From contig MU058478.1 of NCBI GenBank assembly GCA_013265495.1, positions 1-62,686 on the forward strand: 62,686 nucleotides of DNA, given 5' to 3'. Origin of the DNA: Vicugna vicugna (lineage: Eukaryota). The stretch's first letter is position 1, and every line of letters starts with the position of its first letter. The notes under the pieces are model-generated. The model made no database searches. It saw nothing but the letters and a program-made list of their open reading frames with translations, and had not been told where the DNA came from. The translations under genes were made by a program, and so were the position numbers. Below are positions 12,351-24,350 of the stretch, piece after piece.

Positions 12351-13560
12351 TAAGTTCACCACTTGAAGTGTGTCATTCAGCAACACCGAGCATACACAAC
12401 CGTGTTGTGCCACCACCATCAACAACCCATTTCCGGAACCCTTTCGTCACCCCAAACTGAACCCCACACTCACACATCCCACCTCCCCATTTCCTTCTCT
12501 CACAACCCCAGGAAAGCTCCATTCCACCATCCGTCTCCATGATTCCACCCATGTAGGTAGCTCACGTAATGCAACCACACAACATTTATCTTCTTGTGTT
12601 TGGCTCGCTTCAGCCAACACAGTGTCTCCCAAGATTCATCCACGGTGTCCTGTGCAGCAGAACGTCCCTCCTTCTAAAGACTGAACAAGATTTCATCGCG
12701 TTCTGTCTACCCTTTCATCTATGGATGGAGACCCGGCTCCCCTCCAGCCTTTGGCTACTATAAATACAGCTGCCGTGAACCATGATGTCCAAGCATTTTG
12801 GGGAATCCCTGTTTTCAATTCTTTGGGTTAGACACCTAAAACTGGAATTCCTGGCTCCCCTAGCAACTTCAGGTTTAACTTTTTCAGGAATCACCTGTTT
12901 TCCACAACACCTGACCATGTTACGTCACCACCAGCAATGCTTCTAGGTTCTAATTTCTCCACATCTGACCAATGCGTGTTATTTCCCTTTTCATCTTTTT
13001 TTTAAAAATATCACTCATCCTAATGAGTATGGAACCGTCCTTGCTATGACTTTGATTTGTGCTTTCTAAATGACTGGTGAGGTTGAGCACATATTTATCT
13101 TCCTATTGGCCATTTCTATGCTTCTTTTTAAAAAAAAATGCTTCAATCCTTTGCCCACTTTTAAGTTGGGTCGGTTTTTGCTGTTGCTCTAGAAATGTAG
13201 GAATTCTTTATATATTCTGGCTATTAATCCCCTGTTGGGCGTATGGTATACAGATCTCTTCTCCATTCTGGGGATGTTTTTTCATTCTCTTCATAGTGTT
13301 CTTTGCTGCAAAGAGCTTGTTTTTTTCTATTTTTAATAAAGACCAATTTATCTATTTTCTTTCTTTCTTTCTTTCTTTCTTTCTTTTTTTTTAACCTGTG
13401 CTTTTGGTATCATCATTCTCCGAGCATCTCCAAATGCAGTCTCACAAGTTTTCTTTGAAGAGTTTTATAGTCTTCATTCTCACATTTAGGCCTTCATTCC
13501 ATTTTAAATTAATTATTGTATATGTTATAAAGAAGAGGTCTAACTTCATTCTTTTGCATA
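12351..13560 (-). mobile_element. old L1M 3' UTR plus ORF2 3' part
   Basis: Collinear antisense L1 motifs up to TCTAACTTCATTCTTTTGCAT; heavily diverged. Confidence 0.8.
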
Positions 13561-14216
13561 CTAACATATAAGATTAATATAAAGGACTTTTAAAATTGTA
13601 GAAAACCTAAAATTCTTTCTATATTCACACGAGCTGAAAGATATATTGAGTTTGTTTTTTGCTTTGCTTGGTCTGGTATGGTTGAATTGAGAACTCAAGA
13701 AGTCCTATGCTGAGAAAATATTACCTTGGGAGTCTGTTGGGTTTTTTCCTTAAAAAAATGGTACAACTTTATTACAAAAATATTTTACTTAAAGAGTACT
13801 TGTATCAATTTTTTCCCAATGTTTTCCTTTTCCCAAAGGCTTTATAAGATTGTCAGGCAAACTGAATACATTTCACAAAATATTTATGATGTAGATGAGA
13901 AAATCAAAGGAAAAAAAATCATTACACAAATTGCAAAATATCTAGAAAGTTCTTATGAAGTCAGTGGTGCATATCAGCTTTTATGACATGTGAATTCAGC
14001 CTGTGTCAGAGGAAATCATTGATGATGTTATAATTGCCCCAGAGCATACGGCCAGGTTTTCCACAATGGGAGCCCACATGTCTTGGACCAGCAGATTCAA
14101 GATAAATAGAAGGGAAACCTGGCTCAGGCTTTTGAGCTGCACTGGTCACCCCTCACAGAGGCCCCGAGAACAGATCAGACCAACATCATCACCAAAGTCT
14201 CATCTCTTTGTTTCTT

Positions 14217-14400
14217 CCTTGTTTCTCAAGGTGTGATCTGGACCACGTGTTTGAGGTTGTCCTGGGATGCTTGTGGAAATGCAGTTCCTGGATCCATCCC
14301 ACACTCACTCAGTCAAAATCTCCTTGAGTAAAGCTCGAGTCTCCAAGATCACCAGGCACCCTGACTCTACTGTTTGGAAAATAAAGTCTGAGAACTGCAG
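14217..14400. mobile_element. MER5-like hAT-Charlie MITE
   Basis: TTTCTCAAGGTGTGATC..GGGATGCTTGTGGAAATGCAGTTCCTGG..AAAGTCTGAGAACTG, with inverted termini TTCTCA/TGAGAA. Confidence 0.7.
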
Positions 14401-16191
14401 CTCGTTACTAACAACTCTTCTTACCTGTTCATATCTCTGTATGTTTTAAGTAAGTTTCTAATTTTTCAGACTGTACTCATGCTTTCGACATGTTTTAATG
14501 TTCACAGATATTTTTTCTCTCTTTCTCCAGGTTTAGAATGTGGCAGCAACCAGGCTGTGGCTTCCAATCAGCTCAGGGTTAAGTGATGTGGGCAGTGGAC
14601 CCAGCCACCCCCAACAGATGTGCGTCTTAAGAGACAGAGCTGCGGGTGAACCTCACCCTTTAATCAGTTACACATCTGATGCAACGCCTGGAGAACGCAT
14701 CCTCACTGCCTTTGACAACTATTCTTTTAATGTCATGACAGCTGGGAAACCAGTAATGCTGGGCATATGACCTACAAGAGACAAGACATCTTACCTGCAA
14801 ATAAGGATATTGCTACTTGTGTGAGTTTTGCATCATTGGAAAATGGTCATGATGAGCCGTGTCTTGTGGTAAGACGCCGTGACGGTAACAATCCGTCTGC
14901 ATGACTGGAGGGAGCTAAATCTGAGGTGAGAAATAACACAGGCACAATTCAGAAAGCAAAGGAAGGCAGCCAACTCCAATTAGCCATCCACTGAGTTCAT
15001 CCCTGGCTAAGGAATCAGTGCTCTGAACTTTCTGAATACTCGGGTCCCACCCAGCGGGTCCACAAGTGATTGATGTTCTTAGAGTACCTCTATGCCCATT
15101 TTTGTTAAAAAAAAAAAAAGAGAGAGAGAGAGAGAATGTTTTTTTGTTATAAATATCGTATTCCTAAACTTTATCATGCCCACAAAACCCTTGTAGCTCC
15201 CTTTCAAAATGGTAAAAACCTATGCCTTAAGCTGATACATTTTATCTCAGATTGATTTTTTTAATGAAATTATTTCGAACCCAAGAATAATTTGAAGGTT
15301 TAATTTGAATAAAACGGAAGAGTTCATACTTTCCATTCTAGTAAAATTCAGTTCTAAAAGGACAAACGGTAGAAAACCTCATTTTTCAGAAGACCCGCTT
15401 TTAACCAGACTAAGCATCACCCAGATATCTTTAAACTGTTTTAAAGACTTTTTCTTTTAGAAGACAAACACGTGCCTTCTGAATTTAGGAAGTACAGACA
15501 CTTTCTAAGGAATTTTCACATATGTAAAAAGTACATTCCTTTGTCTACCAATGACCTCAAAAATTGCAAGACCAGAAGATTCCAAGTCTATTTGGGTGTC
15601 CCCCAAATCCACTGAACCCAGGGCAGACCGCATCAACAATTCCTCAGCGTCAAGGGAGTTGTGTGCATGGGGTGTGGACAGAGTCGGGTCCTGTGAGCTG
15701 TTGAGTCGAGACGTGTGTGTGTCAGACCCATAAAACAGGAAAAAAAGTGTGTTGGCTGAAACACCACTGGGGGTCCTGAATTTAACCTCCTCACCCAGGT
15801 TACCATGAAAATCAATTTGTCTTATCTGTTGCAGATGACTCCTCCATCCCATTAGAATTGTTGGAAAAAATGCTGTGACGCTATTTCCAGAGACACTGCT
15901 TCCTTGAATGGGGAACTGATGATTTAGAAGACATAATCACAAGGCTTCTAAGAAGCTAGTGAAATATTTGAAGAAAAGAGTCGGCAAGGAGTGTTCCTCA
16001 AAGACAATGACTCACCATAAATTCTCTTTGGGGCAAATCTGATTGTTCTAAAATCCATTAGGTTTTCTCTGAGAAAGGGAAGACTCCCATGATGGTTTTA
16101 GAATGAACTTGAATGCACATTAAGAGCAATCAAAAGATACATTCTCAGAGTCAGTAAAAGCTAGGCAGGATTTTAAAAGAAGAATGACACA

Positions 16192-16380
16192 CGTTTTTTC
16201 AGTGTAGCACAGGGAACCATATTCAATGTCTTGTAGGAACCTATAATGAAAAAGAACATGAAAGGGAATATATGTATTTATATGTGTGATGTAACTATTA
16301 CGCTGTACACCAGAAATTAGCACAGCATTGTAAACTGACTCTACTTCAATAAAATAAATACATAAATAACATACATGAAT
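16192..16380 (+). mobile_element. L1 3' UTR fragment
   Basis: GTAGCACAGGGAACCATATTCAATGTCTTGTA..GTAAACTGACTCTACTTCAATAAAA. Flanks AGAAGAATGACACA / AGAAGAATGCAGACA. Confidence 0.88.
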
Positions 16381-16590
16381 AGAAGAAGAATGCAGACATG
16401 AAACATGGTGATTATTAACTCAGACACCCGTCCTGCCCTTTGCTAATTCTCTAACTTGAATGAAATAAGTATCTATCATCCCTTAAAAAAATGACATGAC
16501 AAATCTGAAGTTCTTAAAATAAAGATGAAGTAAAACAAAGTTTATATGAATGACTCTGGACAGAATGGGTGAGATCGTGCTGCAAATAGC

Positions 16591-16657
16591 CCTTCCTTCC
16601 TTCCTTCCTTCCTTCCTTCCTTCCTTCCTTCCTTCCTTCCTTCCTTCCTTCCTTTCT
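16591..16657. repeat. (CCTT)n microsatellite
   Basis: Read directly from the sequence. Confidence 0.98.
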
Positions 16658-17064
16658 TCATCACCTTCAGATTTTATCAAACATTCTACTAAAAATGAGT
16701 TAAAAATTATTATTATGATTATGTCCCACGATGAGCAATTAAATGTTGCTCTGCGTTAGAAATTTTTGCAAAAATACCAGCCTTAGGCTCTATTATCGTA
16801 TTCAAAACGTATTTCATAAATGTTGAAAATAAAAATGAAATCAACTTGGATGTCTGTGAGCAAATCTGTATCCTTCTGCTGTGACTGTTACACAAATGGA
16901 TATTTGGTTTCCTGACATGCCAGCTGGAAAGACTTTTCAGTGTAGGTAACTTATTTTAACACAATGAATTCAAGATAGAATAAAGTGGCTTCTACATTTG
17001 TTATTTCATTATCATTAGAAGAAAAAAAAACTAAATTTTGTTATACCAAAATCAAAATTACTAT

Positions 17065-17996
17065 TAACAAAGGAGGTTGTACAGTGGAGAAAAGACAGTC
17101 TCTTTGACAAGTGGTGTTGGGAAAGCTGGACAGGTGTACGTAAATCAATTAAATTGAAACCCTCCCTCACACTACACACAAAAATAAACTCAAAACAGCT
17201 TAAAGACTTAAGACAAGACACCATAAAACTTCTAGAAGAAAACATAGGCAAAACATTCTCCGACATAAATCTTAGCAATGTTTTCCTAGGGCAGTCTTCC
17301 TAGGCAAGAGAAATAAAAGCAAGAATAAACAATGGGGTGTAATTAAACTTACATTTTCATGCACAGTAAAGGACACCAAAAATAAAATCAATAGACAACC
17401 TATGGAATAGGAGAAAATATTTGCAAACGATGCAGCTGACAAAGGCTTCATCTCTAGAATATATAAACTGCTCATATAACTCAATAACAAAAAAACAAAG
17501 AGCTCAGTCCAAAAACAGAAGATCTAAGCAAACGTTTCTCCAGTGAAAACAGACAAATGGCCAATAGTCACATGAAAAAATGTTCAATGTCGCTAACGAT
17601 CAGAGAAATGCAAAGCAAAACTACAGTGAGGTATCACCTCACAACGGTCAGAATGGCCATCATTCAAAAGTCCATAAAGATGCTGGAGAGGCTGTGAAGA
17701 AAAGGGAACCCTCCTTCACTGCTGGTGGGAATGCAGTTTGGTGCAATCATTATGGAAAATAGTGTGAAGTTTCCTTAAAAAACCTAAAAATAGACTTTTC
17801 TATGACCCAGGATTCCTACTCTTGAGCATAAATCTTGGGGAAAATCTAATTCAAAAAGATACATGCACCCCAATGTTCATAGCAGCACTATTTACAATAG
17901 CCAAGACATGGAAATGGCCTAAAGGTCCATTGACAGATGATTGGATAAAGAAGTTGTAGTTTATTTGTACTATGGAATACTATTCAGCCATAAAAA
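17065..17996 (+). mobile_element. L1 ORF2 3' portion (decayed), lacking the 3' UTR
   Basis: CAGTGGAGAAAAGACAGTCTCTTTGACAAGTGGTGTTGGGAAAGCTGG..CTAGAAGAAAACATAGGC..ATGGAATACTATTCAGCCATAAAAAA. Confidence 0.92.
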
Positions 17997-17997
17997 A

Positions 17998-18928
17998 TGT
18001 GTGTCTGTCTACATTAACGGATTCTAGTGGTTCTTTTGGAGTATAACACACTTTCTCATTGCTCCTCACCATGAGGCGCCTGCTGGAACTTGAGTCGGGT
18101 TTCATAAGGAGAAGCAGGGAGTGGTGGGGATGGGTCATGAGGACAATCAACAGGGTCCTTCATGGAAGTTACTTCAGGGGAGGCCACTACAGGTTTCTCA
18201 GGCAACACAAGGTTAATCCCTTCAGATGGAGGTAGAGAGGCCAGCATCACTGGAATGGGGAAACCATTTCCACTAGGGTTGGGAGACTTCCTTCACCAGC
18301 AAGAAACAATTCCTCGGAATTTGGGTTCTCAATGTTCTGAGCTTCATTCTGGTCTTCCCACGTGCTACAAACTCAACTTGAAAAATCCCATTCTTTCCCA
18401 GTCAATGCCTTCACCATAACAGTGGACACCCTGCAAGGCTGGCACCTGTAATTCAGCCATTCATAGGGTGAGATTTTGCTTTTGGTTTTCTATCATTTCA
18501 GCCCCGTGACTACAGGAGATAAGAGTCTCTCTCAGGGCAGACAGAGGAGATCTGAGGTCATCTCTGTGGCACTTGAGTTGGGAAAGTGAACCCCTGAGCT
18601 CACTCTCTTTGTGCAAGACTTTCCAAAGACATTAGGAACAACCAGCCAACATTACAGTATTTGTTGGTTTTCAAAAAAAAAAAAAAAAATGCTCAAATGT
18701 ATCAGGTGCAGAGTCACTCAGCTCCAGCTTAGAAGAAAATGCAAGTATTTTGTGTTTCTCTGTTGCTGGATCAAATCTTGGATTATCTGAGCTCTCTTTT
18801 CTATTAAAAGTAGAGTCATCAGAATAATTAAACCTAATCAGGTTAAATAACACATTCCAGAAATTTGGGAACTAACTCAGAAAGCTCAAAATTCTGTACC
18901 TCTCAAATCACTCTCAGTATCAAAAATC
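17998..18928 (-). pseudogene. ERV-L internal region: leader and decayed gag N-terminal half
   Basis: Minus-strand peptides LFNLIRFNYSDDSTFNRKESSDNP, LSALRETLISCSHGAEMIENQKQNLTL*MAELQ, PPSEGINLVLPEKPVVASPE..PHDPSPPLPAS..TRLKFQQAPHGE and VCYTPKE are collinear with HERV-L/MuERV-L gag as I recall it. Stops and frameshifts are present. Confidence 0.85.
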
Positions 18929-19010
18929 TCTATTAGTCAGAGTTCTCCAAAGAAATCTGTAAAGAAATGGACTTATGTATTTATACACTTCTGTCTCACT
19001 CTATCTAAAT
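18929..19010 (-). mobile_element. MLT2-type 5' LTR remnant of the ERV-L
   Basis: TCTATTAGTCAGAGTTCTCCAAAGAAA is the reverse complement of an MLT2 3' end and directly abuts the ERV-L leader. Confidence 0.75.
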
Positions 19011-19409
19011 ATTGCCTATATATAAAACCTGTGTCCCTTGACTTTGAATATTCTCACGTCTCCAAGGAGAATATTACCCTGAAGTCTATCCACTTTGCCT
19101 TCAACTTGAAGTCTTTTGTCTATAATTATGCATAATCTTAAGCTTAATGACAGCCTATCAACCCCACTGTGTGGAAGCACTTTGTTATTAATACTAGCAT
19201 TACTAGCAGGATTTCTGTTTTCGCTAGTTCTACCAGGAAGCCCAGACAACTCTACTCCAGCACACCCGAGGTCCAAAGCTCCGGGATGGAGATGGGGAGA
19301 CTCTGGCTGTCTGGAAAGAGCAGCCTTGTCCACAGTCTATGGTCACCGTCATCAGTATCCACATCTGTGTTGGACCTTGGGAGATAAGCATCCTCCCATG
19401 AGGCTCTTC

Positions 19410-19911
19410 TGTTGCAGCAAAGTGTCACAGCTCAGTGTTACAGCTCAGTTGTGACAGCAACCTGGATCCAGGCGAGAGACCAAGCAGCACTGGGAGGGTT
19501 GGAGAACTCAGCTTTATTATGTCAGCGGGCCCAGAGGAGTTAACACTCCAAGCTCTGGACCCCGTCTGTAGGTTTACACAGGCTTTTATCGGCTGCCAGT
19601 CTAGACTTTGCAACATCATATGCAAATAAGGTGTAACAAAAGTGACTAATTAGGAACAAGCTTTGTAGAAATGGGCCAATCAGGAGTGAGGGAAATGGAC
19701 CAATCAGGAGTGAGGGAAATGGACCAATCAGGAGTTAGCTCAGGGAACCAATAGAATCTTAGGGATAAGTTCTGCTTTCCCAAAAGTAAGCCACTTCAGA
19801 ATTTAAAAGGCGAGATAATGCCACTGGGCCAGGGAACCGGATGTGCTGGCAGGAGGCTAGTGGCCCTGCCTGGGGGGTCCTGCCGTTTTCTTCATGGGGC
19901 TTCCCGCCTCA
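19410..19911 (-). mobile_element. solo ERV1-type LTR, 502 bp
   Basis: TG..CA termini; perfect 4-bp TSD CTTC (19406-19409, 19912-19915); minus-strand AATAAA at 19513-19518. Confidence 0.9.
19668..19739 (+). promoter_or_regulatory. three tandem 24-bp units, each with a CCAAT/NF-Y box, in the LTR U3
   Basis: GAAATGGRCCAATCAGGAGTGAGG x3 (third copy diverges at its end). A fourth AACCAATAG lies near 19746 and the octamer ATGCAAAT at 19620-19627. Activity is untested. Confidence 0.7.
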
Positions 19912-20821
19912 CTTCAGCCCTCACACCAAGATCTGCTTGCACAGCTTCAGCAGAAATCATCTCTCTCTAGATCTGACCACGATCGCCGGCCAGCCTGCAT
20001 GATTATCTGTGTGTGGGGTTATTTTCAATCTCCTAATTCATTTTCTTAAGAATCAGTTGGCTTCCCCTCTGTTTGCTTCCAGCCAATTTCATGTGTAAAT
20101 AACCAGAACTGAAGACCTCATGGAGACCTACTTATTTGTCCCTTTTGCCACCTCGGTCTCCCAGTGACGGAAGGTTCAGGATGAGGGGAATATTCATAAT
20201 AAGTCACTTATTTCCTCTTCTGCTGCTTTTTGTAACTCCGATCCTTCCTCTTCCACTCTTTCTTGAGATACCACTTCTTCAAAACGCCACACTTCAAACG
20301 TAGCCTGTCTCTTCTTATGTATTTCTTGGTGCTTTCCATGTGTCAAAAGATTTGGCTTATTTATCTTTTTTTTTTCTCATTTTATCCTCAGACAAATATC
20401 TGAGGCAGAAAAGGACTGACAGTACCTGTGCAAGTGGCAGCAGAAAAGATCAAAGCTCAGAGAGCTCACGTGATGCCCCAGACGCAGCATCCTTGGATGT
20501 GTGGTGGCCTTGGGATGAGACAACAATATTGTGACTCCAAATGCACCATCTACGTGCTGTAGCATGAAGTGCAAATAACACGGTGGCTTGCTTACTGGCT
20601 GTCCTCAAAACTTCCTCTTAGTGGCATATTAAATAAGCACCTTGAAAATTATTCTTTCTAAATAACAGACGCTTCAACTCCTTGAGCTGAAAAATCCACA
20701 CCCTGTTCTCCTAGTGCAGGTACAAGCTGAAGGAAACACCCCCGATTTATAACCTCCTCTCTGACCAAGTGTGTTTCAGTGGGAGTGAATTACACCTTAG
20801 AGAATGAACACTGTTGCCGTT

Positions 20822-21515
20822 GGATGGCAATCGTCAGGTTGCACCAGAATCACACGGAGAGCTGGTTAATATACAGCTTGCTGTGCACCATCCCCAGAGT
20901 TTATGAGTCCATCACCTTAAGATGGGGTTTCCAAAACTGCATGTCTATAAGGTCCCCGGATGAATTGGTCTCAGAGTTACCCCTAAAAGGGGAAGGGAAA
21001 GAACCCCAGGTCTTGTCGTACCTGAAAGAGAAGAATTCAGATGGGAGACAGCAGCATTGTCCAATGAAAGATTTGAAGGGTTTCATTTAGCAAAAGGAAA
21101 ACACACCTCCAAGCACGGGAGGTGATGGGGCTGATCCAAGGGTGGAGAGTAGTGGTCCTTACTGGCCGCTTCTCTTATACCCTCACTTAGAGGCGGTCCC
21201 TTGATTGATTGCCAGCTCTTGCCCCTGGAGCGCTTACTCATGCTCATCCCCTTTGCGCATGTCCATGGTGGGGGGCTAAACTGCAATGCTAATTATATTG
21301 CAATGAGCACTGGGTCATGTCTGGCTAGTCCTTGCTTCTACTGCACAGGTCCTAACCAGTTTCTTGCCCGCACGCATTTAGAGAAAATAAAGCCCCTTTA
21401 TGCTGGAGATGGGCACATTGCCATCTTTTGGACCCTCCTCCCTCTCCTCCACCTGTCTTCCCAATGCCCCGACTCACCTAACTACCTCGCACCAGGACTA
21501 CACTTTGAGAGTCTC
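20822..21515. mobile_element. MER5A-like MITE split by an LTR (20822-20974 and 21492-21515)
   Basis: CAGAATCACACGGAGAGCTGGTTAATATACAG..CCCCAGAGTTTATGA on the left and GGACTACACTTTGAGA on the right join into one MER5A. Confidence 0.75.
20975..21491 (-). mobile_element. solo ERV1-like LTR
   Basis: Interrupts the MER5A. Ends AGTTAC..CTACCTCGCA (left TG mutated); near-TSD TCAG/CCAG. Confidence 0.7.
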
Positions 21516-21516
21516 T

Positions 21517-21940
21517 TCATGATGGTTAGTATAAGGTGTCAACCTGACTGGGCCATGGAGCCCAGATATTTGGTCAAAATTCATTCTAGAGGGTTCCTAA
21601 GGTGAGGGTGTTTCTGCATGAGGTTAACATCTACATGGGTGGACTCGGTAAACCAGATCCCCCTCCCTGGCGTGGGGGGTCCTCACTCAATCCATGGAAG
21701 GTGTGACTAGAACACCTGCCCTGCCCTGAGTGAGAAGGAATGCCTCCTGCCTGACTGCCTTCCGACGGGGACAATGACATTTTTCTGTCCTCAGACCTGG
21801 ACTGGAATTACACCATCCACTCTCTTGGGTCTCCAGCTCACTGACTGACCCCACGGACCTTGAGATGTGCCACTCTCCATCATCCTCCATATACTTTCAC
21901 ATCCTATTGGTTTTGTTTCTCTCCAGAACCGTGATGAGTT
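21517..21940 (+). mobile_element. MLT2 (ERV-L) solo LTR
   Basis: TGATGGTTAGTATAAGGTGTCAACCTGACTGGGCCA..ATCCTATTGGTTTTGTTTCTCTCCAGAACC are typical MLT2 start and end motifs. Confidence 0.85.
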
Positions 21941-22734
21941 GACCACCATGATGGGAAACTTGTCCAGCTCATCATGCCCCTTGGGAATGTGAGATTGGTT
22001 GATGCTCAGAAGAAAGATGATAGTCAGATTAAAAAAAAAAATAGAAATGCTGGAGTTGAGTAAGCTTCGGAGTTAAGGCTTGGAAATCCATAGGCTTCTT
22101 GTTTGTGCAAATATTCATTTTTTTCTCCCTCAGCTCTTGGTAATCAAAATGACCATTCATAAAAGGCATTTGTCAACCCAGCTGTATTTAAGGGATAATT
22201 TTTTGTTGTTTTTTTTTTTTCATCACAGAAATGAACTGCTCTCTTTCAACAAGCCCCTTCTCAGCTCCCATCCTAGAGTCTTTGAAAGCATATTGATTGC
22301 ATACCGTGCAGCTGCAGTGTGCAGATTTTCCCATCACCCCCTCCGCGGGGACAGCCTCCTCGCCTCCAGGCACTGACACCTTGTCACTCTCCGCTGTGCG
22401 TTTCTCCCCCCTGTTGCAGCGCTGGCCACGCTGAGCCATGTTTCTGGTCTTCTGTCTCTCCCACTGACTGGTGGACACCCCGGGGCAGAGTCTGCATTTC
22501 TCCATACGTGTGTTCTCTGTGCTTTCTCCACCAGCGCAGGGTTAACCCCTGATTTTACACGTGAAGGGATGTGACTGAAAAAAAATCGCAGGAATGAACG
22601 TGGCTTCAGTGACAGAGATGCCATATATGATGGACGATCCTAAACTGGGAATGAATGAGTGCACGAGGGAATATGGTCATCGTTTAAATTTAAAATGTAA
22701 ACAAAAGCAATCAGAAAGGGACAGAGATTATAAT

Positions 22735-22890
22735 CCTGAGCTTTAGATGAATGTAAGTGGACACTTAGCAAATTGCCTAGACTCTCTCAACCTCAGTGTC
22801 CTTCTATATAAAGTTAGGGGAATACCAGTGCTCCCCAGAGAGGAATATTGTCGTGTTGAGGGAGATAAAACACACAAATTGCTGACACCA
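22735..22890 (+). mobile_element. MIR fragment
   Basis: CTTAGCAAATTGCCTAGACTCTCTCAACCTCAGTGTCCTTCTATATAAAGTTAGGG resembles the MIR core. Confidence 0.6.
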
Positions 22891-23029
22891 GATTCAAGCC
22901 AATATTTAAATATTAGCACTTAACATTTCATTTCATTTCTTACGGCTTCTAAATGGCTTTGTCTGCTCCTTTAAATATATAAGTATGCCTCGCTCCTCTG
23001 ATCCAGGCTTTAAAAAGAACAAAATTGCA

Positions 23030-23080
23030 GATCTGAAACTAGCACAATATTGTAAATCAGCTGTACTTCAATTAAAACAA
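23030..23080 (+). mobile_element. L1 3' stub
   Basis: CTGAAACTAGCACAATATTGTAAATCAGCTGTACTTCAATTAAAA. Confidence 0.7.
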
Positions 23081-24149
23081 AGGGGTCAAACGGATTGTCA
23101 AAAGTTGCGAGCGTTCTGCTGAATTCAGACCATCTTAACTGCTATGGCACATTCGTGTAAGCTTTTCAAGAATTTAAAATTCTCCTATCAAAATGTTGTT
23201 TTACTGCTGGCACAATGCACCATTGAGTCTGAGCAGGGGAGGTGACTGGACAAGACTGTAGGGGTGGGTATGAAAACGCAGTTCACAACATCGACAATGG
23301 ATGAGTTCATCAATCTTGTTAAACGATGTCAACCGTGAAGGCATCTGCATCTTCTAGAAACAGATGGCATTGATCCACGTGACTTGCAGGCGTTTTCCTG
23401 GAGATCTTGACCCGAGCAGCTTTGCGTCTTCAAATCACTGGACATGTGATGAGCAGTGATGGCCTCAGCAGAGCTCCTAACGTCAACTTCCACACACCCC
23501 GGTTTCCATCTCGTTGACCAGGAGCCATCTATTTAATTCCAGCCCTCCCATGTGGCCTCACACTTGTCAGGGAGATGTTCCACGATGTAGGATTTCACAT
23601 GACTGTTCAAATACGCCATAGAAACCCTGACATGCCTTATGAATCCGTTAATCGTCCATTAAAGATTCCTCACCATCATTAGAGATGCTTAAAAATGCTA
23701 TTTTCAGTTCAGAGGGACAAACAAAGATTTGATAAATCAGAAGCAGTTTCTCAGAAGCACCCGGTTTACCTTCTAAAGTTGGCATCTAGGGGTAGGTTTT
23801 GGGCACTGAATGGCAGAATCTGACTCTTGGGACAGAGAATGAGGTTTTTATGAGTCTCGGGGTACGCGCTCTGATTTCTAGTGATTCTGAGTGATTTCCT
23901 AAGTTTTGAGAAATAAATTAAGGAGCAATTGACTACGTGCATTTCATTCTGGATCCAATGGAGGCGCCATTATCTCAAGCTCCTTGAGGCTTGTTCTCAA
24001 CTAAGGAAGCTCTACAGAGGCACTTAAACATTTGGACGTAAACCTTGACTTGCTTACTGTAAAAACAGACCAAAATCTAAAGCAAGAAAATCTCTTCTAA
24101 GGCAATGCTTTCAACACTGATAACGCTACTTTAAAAGAAGTTGTGTGGG

Positions 24150-24350
24150 TTTCTTGTCTATGTCTGTGTCTTTGTTTTGTAAATAAGTCAATTTATGTCT
24201 TTTTTTTTTTTTTTTTTTTTTTTTTCCCTCTTTGATCTTTTTTTTTTTTTTTTTTTTTTTTTACACCTATGAGCGATCTCATATGGTATTTTTCTTTCTC
24301 TTTCTGACTTAACTTCACTCAGAATGATGATCTCCAGGTCCATCCATGTT
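24150..24350 (-). mobile_element. L1 fragment with expanded internal T-runs
   Basis: GATCTCATATGGTATTTTTCTTTCTCTTTCTGACTT..CTCCAGGTCCATCCATGTT, the same family as 1527-1600. Confidence 0.85.

Noticed and set aside
14510..14585. Candidate plus-strand exon after the strong acceptor TTTTTTCTCTCTTTCTCCAG (14530)
   Set aside because: The following donor-like AGG|GTTAAG is weak, and no partner exon or recognisable peptide supports it.
17998..18928. Domesticated, Fv1-like gag gene
   Set aside because: It has an in-frame stop, frameshifts, an A-run insertion and truncation before the capsid region.
19620..19642. Canonical SOX2-OCT4 composite element
   Set aside because: The octamer is inverted relative to the SOX-like site and separated from it by 7 bp, so the two are reported only as separate motifs.
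23150..23690. Possible processed pseudogene in a CpG-richer unique stretch
   Set aside because: Manual translation of part of the minus strand hit early stops in all three frames, the ORF track shows nothing of 60 aa or more on either strand, and no poly-A tail or TSD is visible.
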